NCBI GenBank assembly: GCA_037146775.1 | Contig: JBAWWL010000004.1 | Coordinates: 86,471-150,470 of the forward strand | DNA length: 64,000 nt | DNA from: Candidatus Omnitrophota bacterium | Lineage (GTDB): Bacteria; Omnitrophota; Gorgyraeia; Duberdicusellales; 4484-171 | Direction of reading: 5' to 3' | In this document: positions 38,267 through 51,004 of the stretch, piece after piece | Numbering within the stretch: position 1 is the stretch's first letter | How the letters are laid out: the number at the start of each line of letters is the position of its first letter | The notes under the pieces: model-generated | Told to the model about the DNA's origin: nothing | Database searches by the model: none | The model's input: only the letters and a program-made list of their open reading frames with translations | Translations under genes and position numbers: made by a program

Positions 38267-39362
38267 GAAGTTTACTATTAATAGAGAAGTATTATTAGCC
38301 AACCTACAAAAAGTGTTGGGACCAACCATTACCAAACAAAACTTCCCAATTCTAAACAGCGTGCTTATTTCTTCTTTGGGGAAAAAACTAAAGTTTATAG
38401 CTACTGATCTCGATATTACCATTATATCTTTACAAGAAACAACAATAGACGAGAAGGGAAAAATCGCCATCCCCATGAAACGGTTTTTTTCAATTATTAA
38501 AGAACTCCCATCCCAAGATGTACAGCTTGAGGTTGTAAAAAACACCCTTATTATAAAATGCGGGAAAATAGAATTTAAAATAAACACCCTCAACCCCGAA
38601 GAGTTTCCTCAGGTAGAAGAAGAGAAGGAGGTATCTTTTATTAAAATTAATCCCGCCAACCTGGAAGAAATGATTAGGCTTACCTCGTTTTCTGTGGGGT
38701 ATGAAGACACTAATTATGTGTTGAACGGAATTCTATTCGAAATTTACGAAGATTCCATTATTCTTGTGTCTACCGACGGCAAGCGCCTTTCGTATATAAA
38801 AAGAAAGCTTCCCGCCAACCAACCAGAGGTGAAAACGAAACTGTCTTTTATTTTACCTATTAAAGCCATTAATGAGTTGTACAAACTTATTAAAGAAAGA
38901 AACGAAGATGTGTTCCTTTTTGTGAAAGAGAACAAGGTGGGGTTTGACTTTAAAGACACGCAATTTATCGCGCGGCCCATTGAGGGGGAATTCCCTAATT
39001 ATGCCCAATATATCCCCAACGAAAACAAAGATAAAATGGTGGTTAACCGGCAAAATTTTCTCCCCGCGCTGCGCCGGGCAGACCTACTTTCAACCCCCGA
39101 CTATCAAGGAGTGAAGCTGGAGTTGAAAAAAGAGAGTTTGATAATTTCGAAAGCAACCCCACAGTTGGGCGAAGTAAAGGAAACAGTGGAAGCGCGCTAC
39201 ACGGGACCGGGGCTGGAAATAGGATTTAATCCGAACTATTTGCTGGATGCACTTAAAAATCTCGATGACATGGAAGTGAGTTTTGAATTTTTTGGGGCGG
39301 ATAAGCCGGCGGTATTGCGAAAAGAGGATTATATTTACCTAATTTTGCCGATGAAAATTTAA
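38265..39362 (+). CDS. dnaN: DNA polymerase III beta clamp
   Basis: MKFTINRE start, ATDLD, STDGKRLS, GEFPNY, GFNPNYLLD, LILPMK. Confidence 0.97.
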   Translation: MKFTINREVLLANLQKVLGPTITKQNFPILNSVLISSLGKKLKFIATDLDITIISLQETTIDEKGKIAIPMKRFFSIIKELPSQDVQLEVVKNTLIIKCGKIEFKINTLNPEEFPQVEEEKEVSFIKINPANLEEMIRLTSFSVGYEDTNYVLNGILFEIYEDSIILVSTDGKRLSYIKRKLPANQPEVKTKLSFILPIKAINELYKLIKERNEDVFLFVKENKVGFDFKDTQFIARPIEGEFPNYAQYIPNENKDKMVVNRQNFLPALRRADLLSTPDYQGVKLELKKESLIISKATPQLGEVKETVEARYTGPGLEIGFNPNYLLDALKNLDDMEVSFEFFGADKPAVLRKEDYIYLILPMKI

Positions 39363-39369
39363 CCCCGGT

Positions 39370-42014
<2,645 letters not shown>

Positions 42015-42015
42015 G

Positions 42016-42196
42016 TGGTAAACCCTAAACCCGAAATCCTAAACTCTAAACAAACTCAAACTCAAAAACCCCATATCCAAAACGTTTTTGGTTTTAGGTT
42101 TATAATTTTGGATTTGTTTAGGATTTAGTCCTTCGACTTCGCTTGAGGACTAATGGTGAGCGCAGTTGAAACACTAGAGCTTAGTATTTAGAGTTT
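42016..42196. repeat. Heptamer-repeat hairpin element copy 1 (CTAAACC-type / TTTAGxx-type), carrying a REP-like insert
   Basis: First 41 nt match 47418-47458 at 40/41; complementary arms. Confidence 0.8.
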
Positions 42197-42204
42197 GGAA
42201 AAAC

Positions 42205-44673
42205 ATGCAAGAACAAACAAATAAAGGAAAAATTATAACCCGCTATCTCGAAGAAGAGATGAAGGATTCCTACCTCTCTTACTCGATGAGCGTTATTGCA
42301 GGCCGTGCCCTTCCGGATATCCGTGACGGGCTTAAGCCGGTACAACGCAGGATTATGTATGCGATGCATGATTTGCATCTTCGGCATAACCAGTCGCATA
42401 AAAAATGTGCGAGGATAGTCGGAGAATGTCTTGGTAAATATCATCCGCACGGAGACCTTTCGGTTTACGATGCTCTCGTGAGGATGGCCCAGGATTTTTC
42501 TTTGAGGTACCCGCTCGTAAACGGGCAGGGTAACTTTGGCTCGATAGACGGCGATCCTCCCGCAGCAATGCGTTATTCCGAAGCGCGGCTTTCCAGGATC
42601 GCAGACTACATACTCCAAGATATCGAAAAAGAAACAGTCAAGTTTTTCCCTAATTTCGACAATTCACTCACTGAACCGGAAGTGCTTCCGTCGGTTGTCC
42701 CCAATCTTTTGATAAACGGTGCAAGCGGCATCGCCGTTGGCATGGCAACCAATATGCCGCCTCATAATTTAGGGGAAGTGTGCGATGCGCTGGAGCATTT
42801 GCTAGACAACCCCACCGCCTCAATCAAAGAGCTGCATAAATTTGTAAAAGGGCCGGATTTCCCAACCGGTGCGATAATCTGCGGCAAAGCAGACATACTT
42901 AAAATGTATGAAGAAGGTAAGGGAAGATTAATCCTTCGCGCAAAATCGACCATTGAACACGAAAAGGGAAAATCCCAAATAATTTTTAACGAAATACCTT
43001 ACCAATTAAACAAGACCAATCTCATCGAGGCAATAGCAGGTCTTGTTACTGACAAAAAAATAGAGGGCATCTCCGATTTACGTGACGAATCGAACAAGGA
43101 AGGTATACGCATAGTCTTGGAGCTTAAAAGAGATGTCGAGCCGCAAATTATTCTAAACCAGCTTTATAAACACACAAATCTTGAAACAACTTTTGGCGCG
43201 ATATTTCTTGCGCTTGTAAACAGGAAGCCCGTCATCCTTACGCTTCGCGAAATGCTGACTCATCACATTAGCTTCCGTAAGGAAGTAATCGTAAAGAGGT
43301 CGAAATTTGAGTTAGATAAAGCGCAAAAAAGAGCACATATTTTAGAAGGTTTAAAGGTTGCCTTGAAACATTTGGATGAGGTAGTTTCGATCATTAAAAA
43401 ATCAAAAAATCCTCAAGAGGCAAAAGAAGGCTTGATGAAAAAATTCTCCCTGTCGGATTTACAGGCGCAGGCAATTCTGGAAATGCAGCTGGTGAGGTTG
43501 TGTACGTTGGAGAGAAATAAGATCGATGAAGAATATTTGGAACTAATTAAGAAAATCGAGCTATATAACCTTATTCTATCTTCAGAAAAAAAACAGGAAG
43601 AATTGATAAAGCAGGAACTCAAGGACTTGAGAGAACAATTCGCCGATAGCAGGCGCACAGAAATTGTTGCGCAGAAAGAAGAGATAGAGATAGAAGATTT
43701 GATCGTGGAAGAAGATATGGTAATAACCATATCTGGGTCGGGGTACATTAAGCGGTTGCCGCTCACCAGTTACCGACAGCAAAAGCGCGGCGGCCGCGGC
43801 GTTACCGCCATGGCAACTTCGGACGAGGATTTCGTAGAACATCTTTTTGTTGCTTCCAGCAAGGACACCCTTTTGATATTTTCCGACGAAGGGAAGATCT
43901 ACCCGGTAAAAACATACGAAGTCCCGGTTGGCAGCCGCACCTCTAAAGGAAGAGCCATTATCAATCTTTTAAATTTAACCACCAAAGAAAAAATTACCAC
44001 GGTTTTATCCATAAAGGATTTCGATCCCAAGCAGTGTATCGTGATGACTACGCAAAAAGGTATGATCAAGAGAAGTTCTCTCGAACTTTTTTCGAACATG
44101 CGTAAAAGCGGCATCTGCGCGATTACGCTTGATAGAGACGACCGTCTTGTCGGGGCAAGGCTCTGTGAAGATAAAGACGAAGTAGTTCTTGCGACTAAAA
44201 AAGGGATTGCGATACGATTTAAGATGGCCCAGGTGCGTCCTACCGGACGGCAATCCCAGGGTGTGAGAGGAATGAAGCTGGCGAAGGACGACATAGTGTT
44301 GGGTATGGTGCTTGTTCGGGGAAGTATTAAGAAGGAAGAGTTGTATCTTTTTACCGCGACCGAGAACGGTTTTGCCAAACAAACACATATTGAGCAATAC
44401 CGGCTTCAATCCAGAGGCGGCAAAGGGATTATCAATATAAAAATTTCGCCAAAAATCGGAGAGGTCAAGGGTTTTACTTGCGTACGTCAAGACGAGGAAC
44501 TCGTCTGTATTACGCAAAAGGGCATACTTATTCGCACCAAAGTGAAAGATATCCGCGTCTCGGGTCGTTCTACCCAGGGGGTGCGGATTATTAACGTAGA
44601 AAAAGGTGACAAAGTTTCGTCCATCGCCCGGATTATTCCCGAAGAAGAAGCGCCGGTGAGTCAAACTTTATAA
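42205..44673 (+). CDS. gyrA: DNA gyrase subunit A
   Basis: [24 protein letters not shown], GyrA box QKRGGRG. Confidence 0.99.
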   Translation: MQEQTNKGKIITRYLEEEMKDSYLSYSMSVIAGRALPDIRDGLKPVQRRIMYAMHDLHLRHNQSHKKCARIVGECLGKYHPHGDLSVYDALVRMAQDFSLRYPLVNGQGNFGSIDGDPPAAMRYSEARLSRIADYILQDIEKETVKFFPNFDNSLTEPEVLPSVVPNLLINGASGIAVGMATNMPPHNLGEVCDALEHLLDNPTASIKELHKFVKGPDFPTGAIICGKADILKMYEEGKGRLILRAKSTIEHEKGKSQIIFNEIPYQLNKTNLIEAIAGLVTDKKIEGISDLRDESNKEGIRIVLELKRDVEPQIILNQLYKHTNLETTFGAIFLALVNRKPVILTLREMLTHHISFRKEVIVKRSKFELDKAQKRAHILEGLKVALKHLDEVVSIIKKSKNPQEAKEGLMKKFSLSDLQAQAILEMQLVRLCTLERNKIDEEYLELIKKIELYNLILSSEKKQEELIKQELKDLREQFADSRRTEIVAQKEEIEIEDLIVEEDMVITISGSGYIKRLPLTSYRQQKRGGRGVTAMATSDEDFVEHLFVASSKDTLLIFSDEGKIYPVKTYEVPVGSRTSKGRAIINLLNLTTKEKITTVLSIKDFDPKQCIVMTTQKGMIKRSSLELFSNMRKSGICAITLDRDDRLVGARLCEDKDEVVLATKKGIAIRFKMAQVRPTGRQSQGVRGMKLAKDDIVLGMVLVRGSIKKEELYLFTATENGFAKQTHIEQYRLQSRGGKGIINIKISPKIGEVKGFTCVRQDEELVCITQKGILIRTKVKDIRVSGRSTQGVRIINVEKGDKVSSIARIIPEEEAPVSQTL

Positions 44674-44685
44674 TAAGAGAATTTG

Positions 44686-44713
44686 TTGACAAAATAGATT
44701 TTGCATCTAAAAT
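44686..44713 (+). promoter_or_regulatory. Promoter of tRNA-Glu
   Basis: TTGACA-16 bp-TAAAAT. Confidence 0.7.
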
Positions 44714-44768
44714 GATTCGTTTTCAACTCTTGATTTTTCTGTATAGTTTTCGGAAAGCGTAAGTGTAC

Positions 44769-44843
44769 GTCCCCATCGTCTAGCCTGGTTCAGGACATCG
44801 CCCTTTCACGGCGACGGCGCCAGTTCAAATCTGGCTGGGGACG
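44769..44843 (+). tRNA. tRNA-Glu(TTC)
   Basis: GTCCCCA...TGGGGAC-G, anticodon arm TCGCC-CTTTCAC-GGCGA, GCCAG-TTCAAAT-CTGGC. Confidence 0.95.
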
Positions 44844-44875
44844 TTTATTGTAAATGATTCGCTCGAACATAGATA

Positions 44876-45004
44876 GCCAGTTCCCCCGCGTCAGAACTCG
44901 CCTTGTTCGTTCTTTGCGGGATTAATTCGCGCTATTCATTTTTCCTGCGCCGCAGCGGCTTTGAAAAATGAGGCGCTCATTAAAAATCTGGCTGGGGACG
45001 TTTA
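44876..45004 (+). repeat. Duplicated tRNA-Glu T-arm/3' end with a 100-bp structured insert in the T-loop
   Basis: GCCAGTTC (44876-83) + insert + AAATCTGGCTGGGGACGTTTA (44984-45004, identical to 44827-44847). Confidence 0.85.
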
Positions 45005-45104
45005 ATTTTTTAAAGTTTTTATGACAGTGTAGTGGAGTCGGTTTCCCGGGCCGGAATATATGCACTCGTCCGATGATGTGTGAAGAATATTCTCAGGAGG
45101 ATCA

Positions 45105-45560
45105 ATGGAACAACAAGAAGAAAAGCTTTTAGGGTCAACGATTTTGGGGTGGATAAATTGTTTTATCTTCGGGCTTTTCTTTTTGCTCCTTTCCCTGTCT
45201 GTTTATATGAAGGCTACCCCTCAGGACTTGGTCAAGGTTACCGAGGTGCTGAAAGCACGGCAGGTAGTCTTTGATATTACCTTTCGGCAATTTAAAATAG
45301 CCTGTCTCTATTATGCTTTTTTTTCGTCCATATTTTTTATAAGCGGCCTGGGCATCTTATTGAAAAAAGAATGGGCAAGGAAATTAACGATTTATTTTGC
45401 CCTGCTCATAGCTATTCTTATTTTTCTCTCCGTGCTCCTTGTTCCTGGTTTGATTAGCCAGGCTTTCTTACAGATCGTCTACCCCGGTATTCTTCTTCTT
45501 TATTTCACGAACAAAAACGTTGAGGCGCGTTTCAAGGCAGCACGGGCGCGCGCGCAGTAA
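45105..45560 (+). CDS. Hypothetical four-TM membrane protein
   Basis: RBS AGGAGG; hydrophobic segments, GILLKKEWAR motif. Confidence 0.75.
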   Translation: MEQQEEKLLGSTILGWINCFIFGLFFLLLSLSVYMKATPQDLVKVTEVLKARQVVFDITFRQFKIACLYYAFFSSIFFISGLGILLKKEWARKLTIYFALLIAILIFLSVLLVPGLISQAFLQIVYPGILLLYFTNKNVEARFKAARARAQ

Positions 45561-45581
45561 CAGGAAAATACACAGGCATAT

Positions 45582-47411
45582 ATGTGCGGAATTTTTGGTT
45601 ATATAGGCAAAGAAACAGCCCTTGCGGTTTTTTTAGATGGGGTTGCGCGGCTGGAGTATCGCGGTTACGATTCCTGCGGCGCAGTAGGGATTAGAGGAAA
45701 TAAATTTTTCCTTACCAAACGGACGGGAAAAATTCATCAGTTGCGCGAAGAACTTAAGGATGCGCTGAAGGACAAATACCCCATAGGAATTTTTCATACG
45801 CGTTGGGCAACGCATGGAAAACCCAGTTATGCTAACGCCCATCCTCACCTTGATTGCCGCCAGGAAATTGCCATCGTTCACAACGGTATTATCGAAAACT
45901 ACCTCGAATTGAAAGAAAAACTACTTAAAGAGGGGCATGTGTTTGTAAGCGAAACCGATACCGAAGTTATTGTGCATTTGATTGAAAAATTTTACAGCAG
46001 TTCCTTGGAGCAGGCGGTGTATAAAGCGGTTAAGCAATTACGGGGATCGTTCGCGCTCGGTGTCATTTCAATAAGAGAACCGGAAAAACTGATTGGCGTC
46101 AGGAAGGGCAGCCCCTTGATTGTCGGTATGAGCAAGAACGGATTTTTTATTGCCTCGGATATTCCGGCCATCTTGCCGTTTACTCAGGAAATCGTTTATC
46201 TGAAAGATGAGGAACTGGTAATCTTAAAAAAAGACAATATCAACATTTTCCATTTTAAGGGCGAGCCGGTGAAGTTGGAAATAGAAAAGATCCACATGCG
46301 GCCACAAGACGTGGAAAAAAAAGGTTATGAGCATTTCATGCTTAAAGAAATATATGAGCAACCGGAGATTCTGCGCAAAACTCTCTCGCTCTATGTAAAG
46401 GCTGGCCGCATTGTGCTGCCTCAGTTGAATTTAAGCGATACATTCTTGAGAAAAGTTAAAAATATATTTATTACTGCGTGCGGAACCGCCTACCACGCAG
46501 GTTATGTGGCCAAATATTTTTTAGAAAAATACTGTGACGTAGATGTGGAAATAGACACGTCATCGGAATTTCGTTATCGGACGCTGCGCGTTACTAAAAA
46601 CGACCTGTTGGTTACTATTTCTCAGTCAGGAGAAACTGCCGATACCTTAGCGGCGGTGCGGGAGATAAAAAAGGCCGGCGTTAAAGTGGTCAGTATTTGT
46701 AATGTGTTGGGGTCCAGCCTCGTGAAGGAAAGCGATGGATTGATTTTTTCTCATGCCGGCCCGGAAATCGGTGTCGCATCCACCAAGGCATATACCGCGC
46801 AGATACTTTCTTTTTTTCTGCTCGCCTTGTATATAGGTAATTTGAAAAAGACCATCACGGAACACACTTTTGAAGAAATGCTTAAAGAATTAGGATGCAT
46901 GCCAGGTTTCCAGCAAGATATTTTAAAAAAGGGTGGCGAAGTAAAAAAAATAGCGCATACGTTTTCCAAGTTTGGCTGCTTTCTCTTTTTAGGCAGAGGG
47001 GTTAATTATCCCTCGGCTTTGGAGGGTGCCTTAAAATTAAAAGAAATTTCTTATATACCGGCGGAAGGCTATGCTGCCGGCGAAATGAAACACGGGCCCA
47101 TCGCACTTATCGATGAGTACCGCGGAGTTGTGTGTATCGCCCCCAGGGACAACCTATATGAAAAGATGGTTTCCAATATCCAGGAAATAAAAGCCCGTAA
47201 AGGAAAAGTATTGTCGATAGTCAACCACGGCGATACCGCCGCGAGCCATATCAGTGACGCGCTTATTCATATACCGGAATTAAAATTTCAAATTTTTTCC
47301 CCACTCCTTGTTGCCGTAGGCCTACAGCTTTTCGCCTATTACGTCGCAAAAAATTTAAATTGCGAAATAGACCAGCCACGCAATCTTGCTAAATCCGTTA
47401 CAGTTGAATAG
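45582..47411 (+). CDS. glmS: Glutamine--fructose-6-phosphate aminotransferase
   Basis: MCGIFG, LEYRGYDS, HTRWATHG, SQSGETADT, PRNLAKSVTVE. Confidence 0.99.
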   Translation: MCGIFGYIGKETALAVFLDGVARLEYRGYDSCGAVGIRGNKFFLTKRTGKIHQLREELKDALKDKYPIGIFHTRWATHGKPSYANAHPHLDCRQEIAIVHNGIIENYLELKEKLLKEGHVFVSETDTEVIVHLIEKFYSSSLEQAVYKAVKQLRGSFALGVISIREPEKLIGVRKGSPLIVGMSKNGFFIASDIPAILPFTQEIVYLKDEELVILKKDNINIFHFKGEPVKLEIEKIHMRPQDVEKKGYEHFMLKEIYEQPEILRKTLSLYVKAGRIVLPQLNLSDTFLRKVKNIFITACGTAYHAGYVAKYFLEKYCDVDVEIDTSSEFRYRTLRVTKNDLLVTISQSGETADTLAAVREIKKAGVKVVSICNVLGSSLVKESDGLIFSHAGPEIGVASTKAYTAQILSFFLLALYIGNLKKTITEHTFEEMLKELGCMPGFQQDILKKGGEVKKIAHTFSKFGCFLFLGRGVNYPSALEGALKLKEISYIPAEGYAAGEMKHGPIALIDEYRGVVCIAPRDNLYEKMVSNIQEIKARKGKVLSIVNHGDTAASHISDALIHIPELKFQIFSPLLVAVGLQLFAYYVAKNLNCEIDQPRNLAKSVTVE

Positions 47412-47417
47412 ATTAGA

Positions 47418-47550
47418 TGGTAAACCCTAAACCCGAAATCCTAAACCCTAAACAAACTAGAAATTACAAATCTAAAATTCCAAATATTTGTTTCGAGTTT
47501 GTTATTTATGGTTTATTTGTTTAGGATTTAGTGTTTAGAATTTAGAGTTT
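47418..47550. repeat. Heptamer-repeat hairpin element copy 2
   Basis: tggtaaaccctaaacccgaaatcctaaac... / ...gtttaggatttagtgtttagaatttagagttt. Confidence 0.8.
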
Positions 47551-47553
47551 AAA

Positions 47554-48222
47554 ATGTTGTATATCATTGCCACCCCCATAGGAAATTTAGAAGATATTAC
47601 TTTGCGCGCGCTCAAGGTCCTTAAAGAAGTTGACACGGTGCTGGCAGAGGATACACGTAAGACTGGATTTTTATTGGCACATTTTGGTATAAAAAAACAA
47701 CTGGTAAGTTTATTTGAACATAATGAAGTAAAAAAAATACCCTGGTTGATTCAAGAGCTTTCTGGCGGGAAAAATATGGCATTGGTTTCTGACGGCGGCA
47801 TGCCGACCCTTTGCGATCCCGGCTATAAGCTGATACGCGAATGCAGAGAAAAACATATCGCGCTTACTGTGCTGCCGGGAGCTTCAAGCATTACCTCCGC
47901 CTTAGCATGCACTTCCGTGCCTCACGACAAATTTGCTTTTATCGGATACCTGCCACGCAAACACAATGAACGCAAGAAGGTATTCGAGAAGGTGATATCT
48001 TGGGGCTGTGCAATTGTTTTTTTTGAATCGCCATACCGGGTTTTAAGCGCCCTAAAAGATATCAATGAATTTGTGGGTAACCGCAGAGTGGCTATTGCAA
48101 GAGAAATGACCAAGAAGTTTGAAGAAATTATTGAGTGTAACTTGGAAGACGCAATAAGGCACTTTGAAAAAACGACCCCTCGCGGAGAATTTACCGTTAT
48201 TCTGGATGCCCATCAAGCATAG
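47554..48222 (+). CDS. rsmI: 16S rRNA C1402 2'-O-methyltransferase
   Basis: MLYIIATPIGNLEDITLRAL, AEDTR, SDGGMPTLCDPG, FESPYR, REMTKKFEE. Confidence 0.97.
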   Translation: MLYIIATPIGNLEDITLRALKVLKEVDTVLAEDTRKTGFLLAHFGIKKQLVSLFEHNEVKKIPWLIQELSGGKNMALVSDGGMPTLCDPGYKLIRECREKHIALTVLPGASSITSALACTSVPHDKFAFIGYLPRKHNERKKVFEKVISWGCAIVFFESPYRVLSALKDINEFVGNRRVAIAREMTKKFEEIIECNLEDAIRHFEKTTPRGEFTVILDAHQA

Positions 48223-48340
48223 CGTCTATCAGCAAAAAAGCGCACAATATCTTCCATGCTCTCCGATGTTACTCATGCAAAGATTTTTTGATTCACCGCA
48301 AATGAAAAATAACCACATACATATAAAAGGGCAGGGATAG

Positions 48341-50206
48341 ATGAAAAAAAATAATTTTGGCGATTCCGCCTATCAGTTTAACACGAAAGATATAACTTTT
48401 GTCTTGATCATTCTTGTTCTGGCTATGGTTTTCAGGGTAATCTATTTTGCGGACTACAAAAACGCAAGTACATACCCTGTGCTGGCGCGTTCCGATAGCC
48501 ACTCTTACTATGTGTTGGCAAAAGATATCTCAAGCGGTGATGTTTTCGGGGGGAAGGCATTTATGACTTGGCCCCTGTACGCCTATTTTTTAGGTTTTCT
48601 GTTTAAGTTTTTCGGAGACAGCCCAATGCACGTATATTTTTTGCAGTTTATTTTAGGGGCGATTCACTGTGTCCTGGTTTATCTTATCGCTAAAATCGTA
48701 TTCAATCAAAAAGTCGCTTTTATTTCCGGCTTACTGTGTGTGTGGTATGGGATGTTTATATTTTATGACGGGCTGTTTATGTATACCAGCTTATCCATCT
48801 TTTTGAACTCTTTACTATTTTTGCTCATGCTATACGTGAAAAACGCACCCAGTAAAAAAAACCTTTTCTTCATAGGTCTTTTCACTGGCTTGTGTGCCCT
48901 CGCTCAACCCCTCATCGTGTTGTTTGGGGTTTCTTCTGTTGCGGCGATAGCGATGATTGCGAAATTGAACTGGCGAGCGCGCGTGTATAATTTTTCCTGT
49001 TTCATACTGGGGATGTGTCTGGTGGTTGGGGTAACAACGCTTAAAAATTACGTAGTAGAAAAAGATTTTATACTCTTGTCGGGCAATACCGGTTTCAATT
49101 TTTATTTGGGCAATAACTCCGAATCAACCGGAAACTTTTTTTGCCCCAATAACTTTAATTTGAATAAAGAAGACATGTTCCGCGACGCTAAGATTTTCGC
49201 AAACGCACAAACGGGGAAAAATTTAAAAACATCCGAAGTTTCTCGTTTCTGGTTTACTAAGGCCACGGAATTCATTAAAAAAAGTCCTTATCTCTGGGTA
49301 AAGCTTTTATGCAAAAAAATGATATATGCGTTCAGTCCGCGAGAATTCAACCAAGAGGTAGAATATTATTTTATCGCGGATACCATGAGAATTTTTAAGA
49401 TTATGCTTATGGATTTGAGAATCATATTACCATTGGGACTGTTGGGTATGCTCGTGTGCCTTAAAAAGTTTAAGCAAGTGTGGCTACTTTATCTTATGCT
49501 TATCACCATTGCGTGCAGTATGAGCTTATTTTTCGTGATCACGAAGCTGCGTATCGCCATGGCGCCTTTTTTGATAATTTTTGCGGCTTTCTGTATATAT
49601 CGCATGGGGAGTTTGTTGAAAAGTAAAAAATATCTCGGTTTAGGATTGCTATGTGTGGGGGCGATTGCCCTCGGTATTTTATTGAACCGTGATAAAATTT
49701 TTGCCGGGAACACAAACCCGGATTCACAATCCGTTCGTTCGCTTGTTGAGGAGCGTCTCTATGAGGCAGCTTATTACGAACACAAATCCGACTATAACAA
49801 GGCAATCCAGGAATTGGATACTGCGCATGATCTACAACCACGGAATACCTATGTTTTGTTTCATTTAGGTCTCGCGTACTACCGGATGAATGATTTTAAG
49901 AAAGCCGAAGAAAGATTTAAAGAAACCATCGAGCTCAACCCTCTTTTCGTCGACGCATATTATAATTTAGGATTTATGTACAACCACCAACAGCGTTTCT
50001 CCGAAGCCAAGGATATGCTCAATAAAGCGCTTTCCTTGGAACCGGAGAGCGTAGACACTCACTTCGAGTTAGCGTTAGTTTACAAAGCAACCGGTAATCT
50101 CAAGGAGGCCAGGGAGGAATTCGCTCTTGTTTTACGCGCCCTCGCGCGCTGGCGCAAAGCGGAAAGAGATATGGTTATTCAGGCGTTGCACTCCCTTGAT
50201 GGCTGA
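48341..50206 (+). CDS. Polytopic GT-C (PMT/ArnT-like) glycosyltransferase with C-terminal TPR repeats
   Basis: DS..Y and PLYAYFLG motifs, GFNFYLGN, multiple TM helices, TPR repeats (AYYNLG). Confidence 0.75.
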   Translation: MKKNNFGDSAYQFNTKDITFVLIILVLAMVFRVIYFADYKNASTYPVLARSDSHSYYVLAKDISSGDVFGGKAFMTWPLYAYFLGFLFKFFGDSPMHVYFLQFILGAIHCVLVYLIAKIVFNQKVAFISGLLCVWYGMFIFYDGLFMYTSLSIFLNSLLFLLMLYVKNAPSKKNLFFIGLFTGLCALAQPLIVLFGVSSVAAIAMIAKLNWRARVYNFSCFILGMCLVVGVTTLKNYVVEKDFILLSGNTGFNFYLGNNSESTGNFFCPNNFNLNKEDMFRDAKIFANAQTGKNLKTSEVSRFWFTKATEFIKKSPYLWVKLLCKKMIYAFSPREFNQEVEYYFIADTMRIFKIMLMDLRIILPLGLLGMLVCLKKFKQVWLLYLMLITIACSMSLFFVITKLRIAMAPFLIIFAAFCIYRMGSLLKSKKYLGLGLLCVGAIALGILLNRDKIFAGNTNPDSQSVRSLVEERLYEAAYYEHKSDYNKAIQELDTAHDLQPRNTYVLFHLGLAYYRMNDFKKAEERFKETIELNPLFVDAYYNLGFMYNHQQRFSEAKDMLNKALSLEPESVDTHFELALVYKATGNLKEAREEFALVLRALARWRKAERDMVIQALHSLDG

Positions 50207-50239
50207 AATAAAAATCGCCCCTTTTCCCCTAAATTAATC

Positions 50240-50270
50240 TTGACATTTTTTGCTTTATGGGGTATATATT
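50240..50270 (+). promoter_or_regulatory. pyr operon promoter
   Basis: TTGACA at 50240 followed by TATATATT at 50263. Confidence 0.55.
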
Positions 50271-50274
50271 ATGA

Positions 50275-50310
50275 AACCTTTAAGTCGGTCCAGCGAGGCC
50301 GGCAAGGAAC
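50275..50310 (+). ncRNA. PyrR-binding RNA leader
   Basis: CCTTTAA...GGTCCAGCGAGGCC...AAGG matches the PyrR binding-loop consensus (CUUUAA / RGUCCNGNGAGGYY). Confidence 0.85.
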
Positions 50311-50346
50311 AGTTATGAAAAAACCTAAAAGCACAGACTATGTAAT

Positions 50347-50376
50347 CCGCACAGCAATGTGCGGTTTTTTATTTTT
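50347..50376 (+). terminator. Attenuator terminator of the pyr leader
   Basis: CCGCACA-GCAA-TGTGCGG followed by TTTTTTATTTTT. Confidence 0.85.
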
Positions 50377-50406
50377 ACAGCCGCTCATAGTTTAGGAGGA
50401 GGTTGT

Positions 50407-50955
50407 GTGGGCACTTTCAAAGAAAAAGCCAAGGTTTTAAGCACGGAAGAGATAAAAAGAACGTTGCAGCGGCTTACTCACCAAATTTTTGAAAACAATC
50501 CAGACTCCAAAGAAATTGTACTGGTGGGCATCCAAACCCGAGGCGTGTATTTAGCCAAGCGGATTCAATCGTTGATCAAAGAAACAACCGCGATAGATAT
50601 TCCCCTGGGTGTGTTGGATATCACCCTGTACCGGGATGACCTTACGGTCGTTGGCTCAAAACCGGAAGTGAAAGAAACGAAGATAGATTTTAATCTTACC
50701 GATAAAGTGGTGGTGTTGGTCGATGATGTGCTGTTTACCGGAAGAACCATTCGTGCCGCCTTGGATGAATTGATGGATTTCGGCCGGCCCCAGAGGGTCG
50801 AACTCCTTGTCCTTATTGACCGCGGCCACCGAGAGTTACCCATACGTGCCGATTTTGTAGGTAAAAATATCCCCACTTCTAAAAACGAAACCGTGGAGGT
50901 GCGGCTCGGAGAAGTAGATGGGGTTGACGAGGTTGTAATAGGGGAAAAACAATAA
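50407..50955 (+). CDS. pyrR: Pyrimidine operon attenuator / UPRTase PyrR
   Basis: GTG start after AGGAGG; [43 protein letters not shown]. Confidence 0.97.
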   Translation: MGTFKEKAKVLSTEEIKRTLQRLTHQIFENNPDSKEIVLVGIQTRGVYLAKRIQSLIKETTAIDIPLGVLDITLYRDDLTVVGSKPEVKETKIDFNLTDKVVVLVDDVLFTGRTIRAALDELMDFGRPQRVELLVLIDRGHRELPIRADFVGKNIPTSKNETVEVRLGEVDGVDEVVIGEKQ

Positions 50956-51004
50956 GTTGTAAGTTGTCGCGATATACTATTGATAGCACGTATTTGATAT
51001 ATCT

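Noticed and set aside
42019-42050. CCCTAAA/TAAACCC units resembling plant telomeric repeats (also at 47421)
   Set aside because: Degenerate, paired with complementary arms and embedded between bacterial core genes; not eukaryotic contamination
45005-45581. glmS ribozyme upstream of glmS
   Set aside because: Only 21 bp separate glmS from the upstream gene and no ribozyme core is recognisable; the hairpin at 45023-45070 is too short
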